From a bacterium (GTDB lineage Bacteria; UBP7; UBA6624; JBBIMK01), in the NCBI GenBank assembly GCA_037444445.1, contig JBBIMK010000006.1:54267-86266 (forward strand): DNA of 32,000 nt, in the 5' to 3' direction. The position numbers and the translations under genes were made by a program. Shown in pieces: positions 31,925 through 32,000 of the stretch. The notes under the pieces were generated by a model that saw only the letters and a program-made list of their open reading frames with translations, did not search any database and was not told the DNA's origin. Numbering within the stretch: the first letter of the stretch is position 1; each line of letters opens with the position of its first letter.

Positions 31925-31963
31925 TAAAATAACCCCTTTTGGGGTCAGGCACCAAACGGTGTC
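31925..31963 (+). repeat. Degenerate third copy of the protease-gene terminator element
   Basis: 'taaaataaccccttttggggtcaggcaccaaacggtgtc' aligns by eye with 'tgaaataaagtcccctttggtgcctggcaccaaaggtgtt' (25454-25493 and 28510-28549). The shared parts are aaataa, cccttt, ggcaccaaa and ggtgt. Confidence 0.4.
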
Positions 31964-32000
31964 AAAATGGGTGTGATTTTAACCCTGTCAAGAAAAAAAA

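Noticed and set aside
1-32000. Scan for CRISPR arrays, rRNA or tRNA genes
   Set aside because: I saw no regularly spaced short repeats with unique spacers. No intergenic region is long or structured enough to hold a tRNA or rRNA. The only non-coding stretches longer than 200 nt (22405-22636 and 25457-25692, plus the end region after 31715) look like promoter or leader DNA.

Overview
This is a bacterial chromosomal window, probably from an uncultured lineage; I cannot assign taxonomy from sequence alone. I saw no rRNA, tRNA, CRISPR array, integrase or transposase.

Layout:
- 1-5196 (+): two adjacent paralogous LVIVD-repeat surface or secreted proteins. The first is cut by the window edge.
- 5381-15354 (-): a tightly packed, visibly AT-richer defence island of about 10 kb, built on a type I restriction-modification system (hsdM, hsdS, hsdR). 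Every junction between the R-M subunits carries a passenger gene.
  - HsdM has an N-terminal winged-helix-like extension and a C-terminal MntA-like nucleotidyltransferase domain fused in frame.
  - A HepT (HEPN, Rx4HxY) toxin gene follows 4 nt later, then a GC-richer ankyrin-repeat gene.
  - A 111-aa ORF that starts with an HsdS N-terminal motif is coupled to a DUF3800-like gene in front of hsdS.
  - An uncharacterised 284-aa gene with a DUF4145-like R-x3-N-x3-H tail lies between hsdS and hsdR, the position PrrC occupies in the E. coli prr locus.
  - A DUF45/YgjP-like Zn-hydrolase gene overlaps the end of hsdR.
- 15415-22404 (-): UPF0182 membrane protein, M19 dipeptidase, an ABC-2 exporter pair with a coupled mini membrane ORF, a degenerate nucleotidyltransferase-like ORF, and an endonuclease-IV-like TIM-barrel gene.
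- 22637-28512 (+): a subtilisin-like S8 protease and an M6-type metalloprotease. They share a 1,097-bp repeat that looks base-perfect. It encodes two Ig-like domains, an unknown domain, a dockerin-like tail and the terminator.
- 28641-30665 (+): sucC and sucD.
- 30726-31714 (-): an aquaporin gene preceded by a frameshifted stand-alone OmpR/PhoB-type winged-helix gene.

The best candidate for an undescribed system is the R-M-embedded set. The HsdM-MntA fusion with HepT leads, followed by the 284-aa gene between hsdS and hsdR and the small-ORF/DUF3800 pair.
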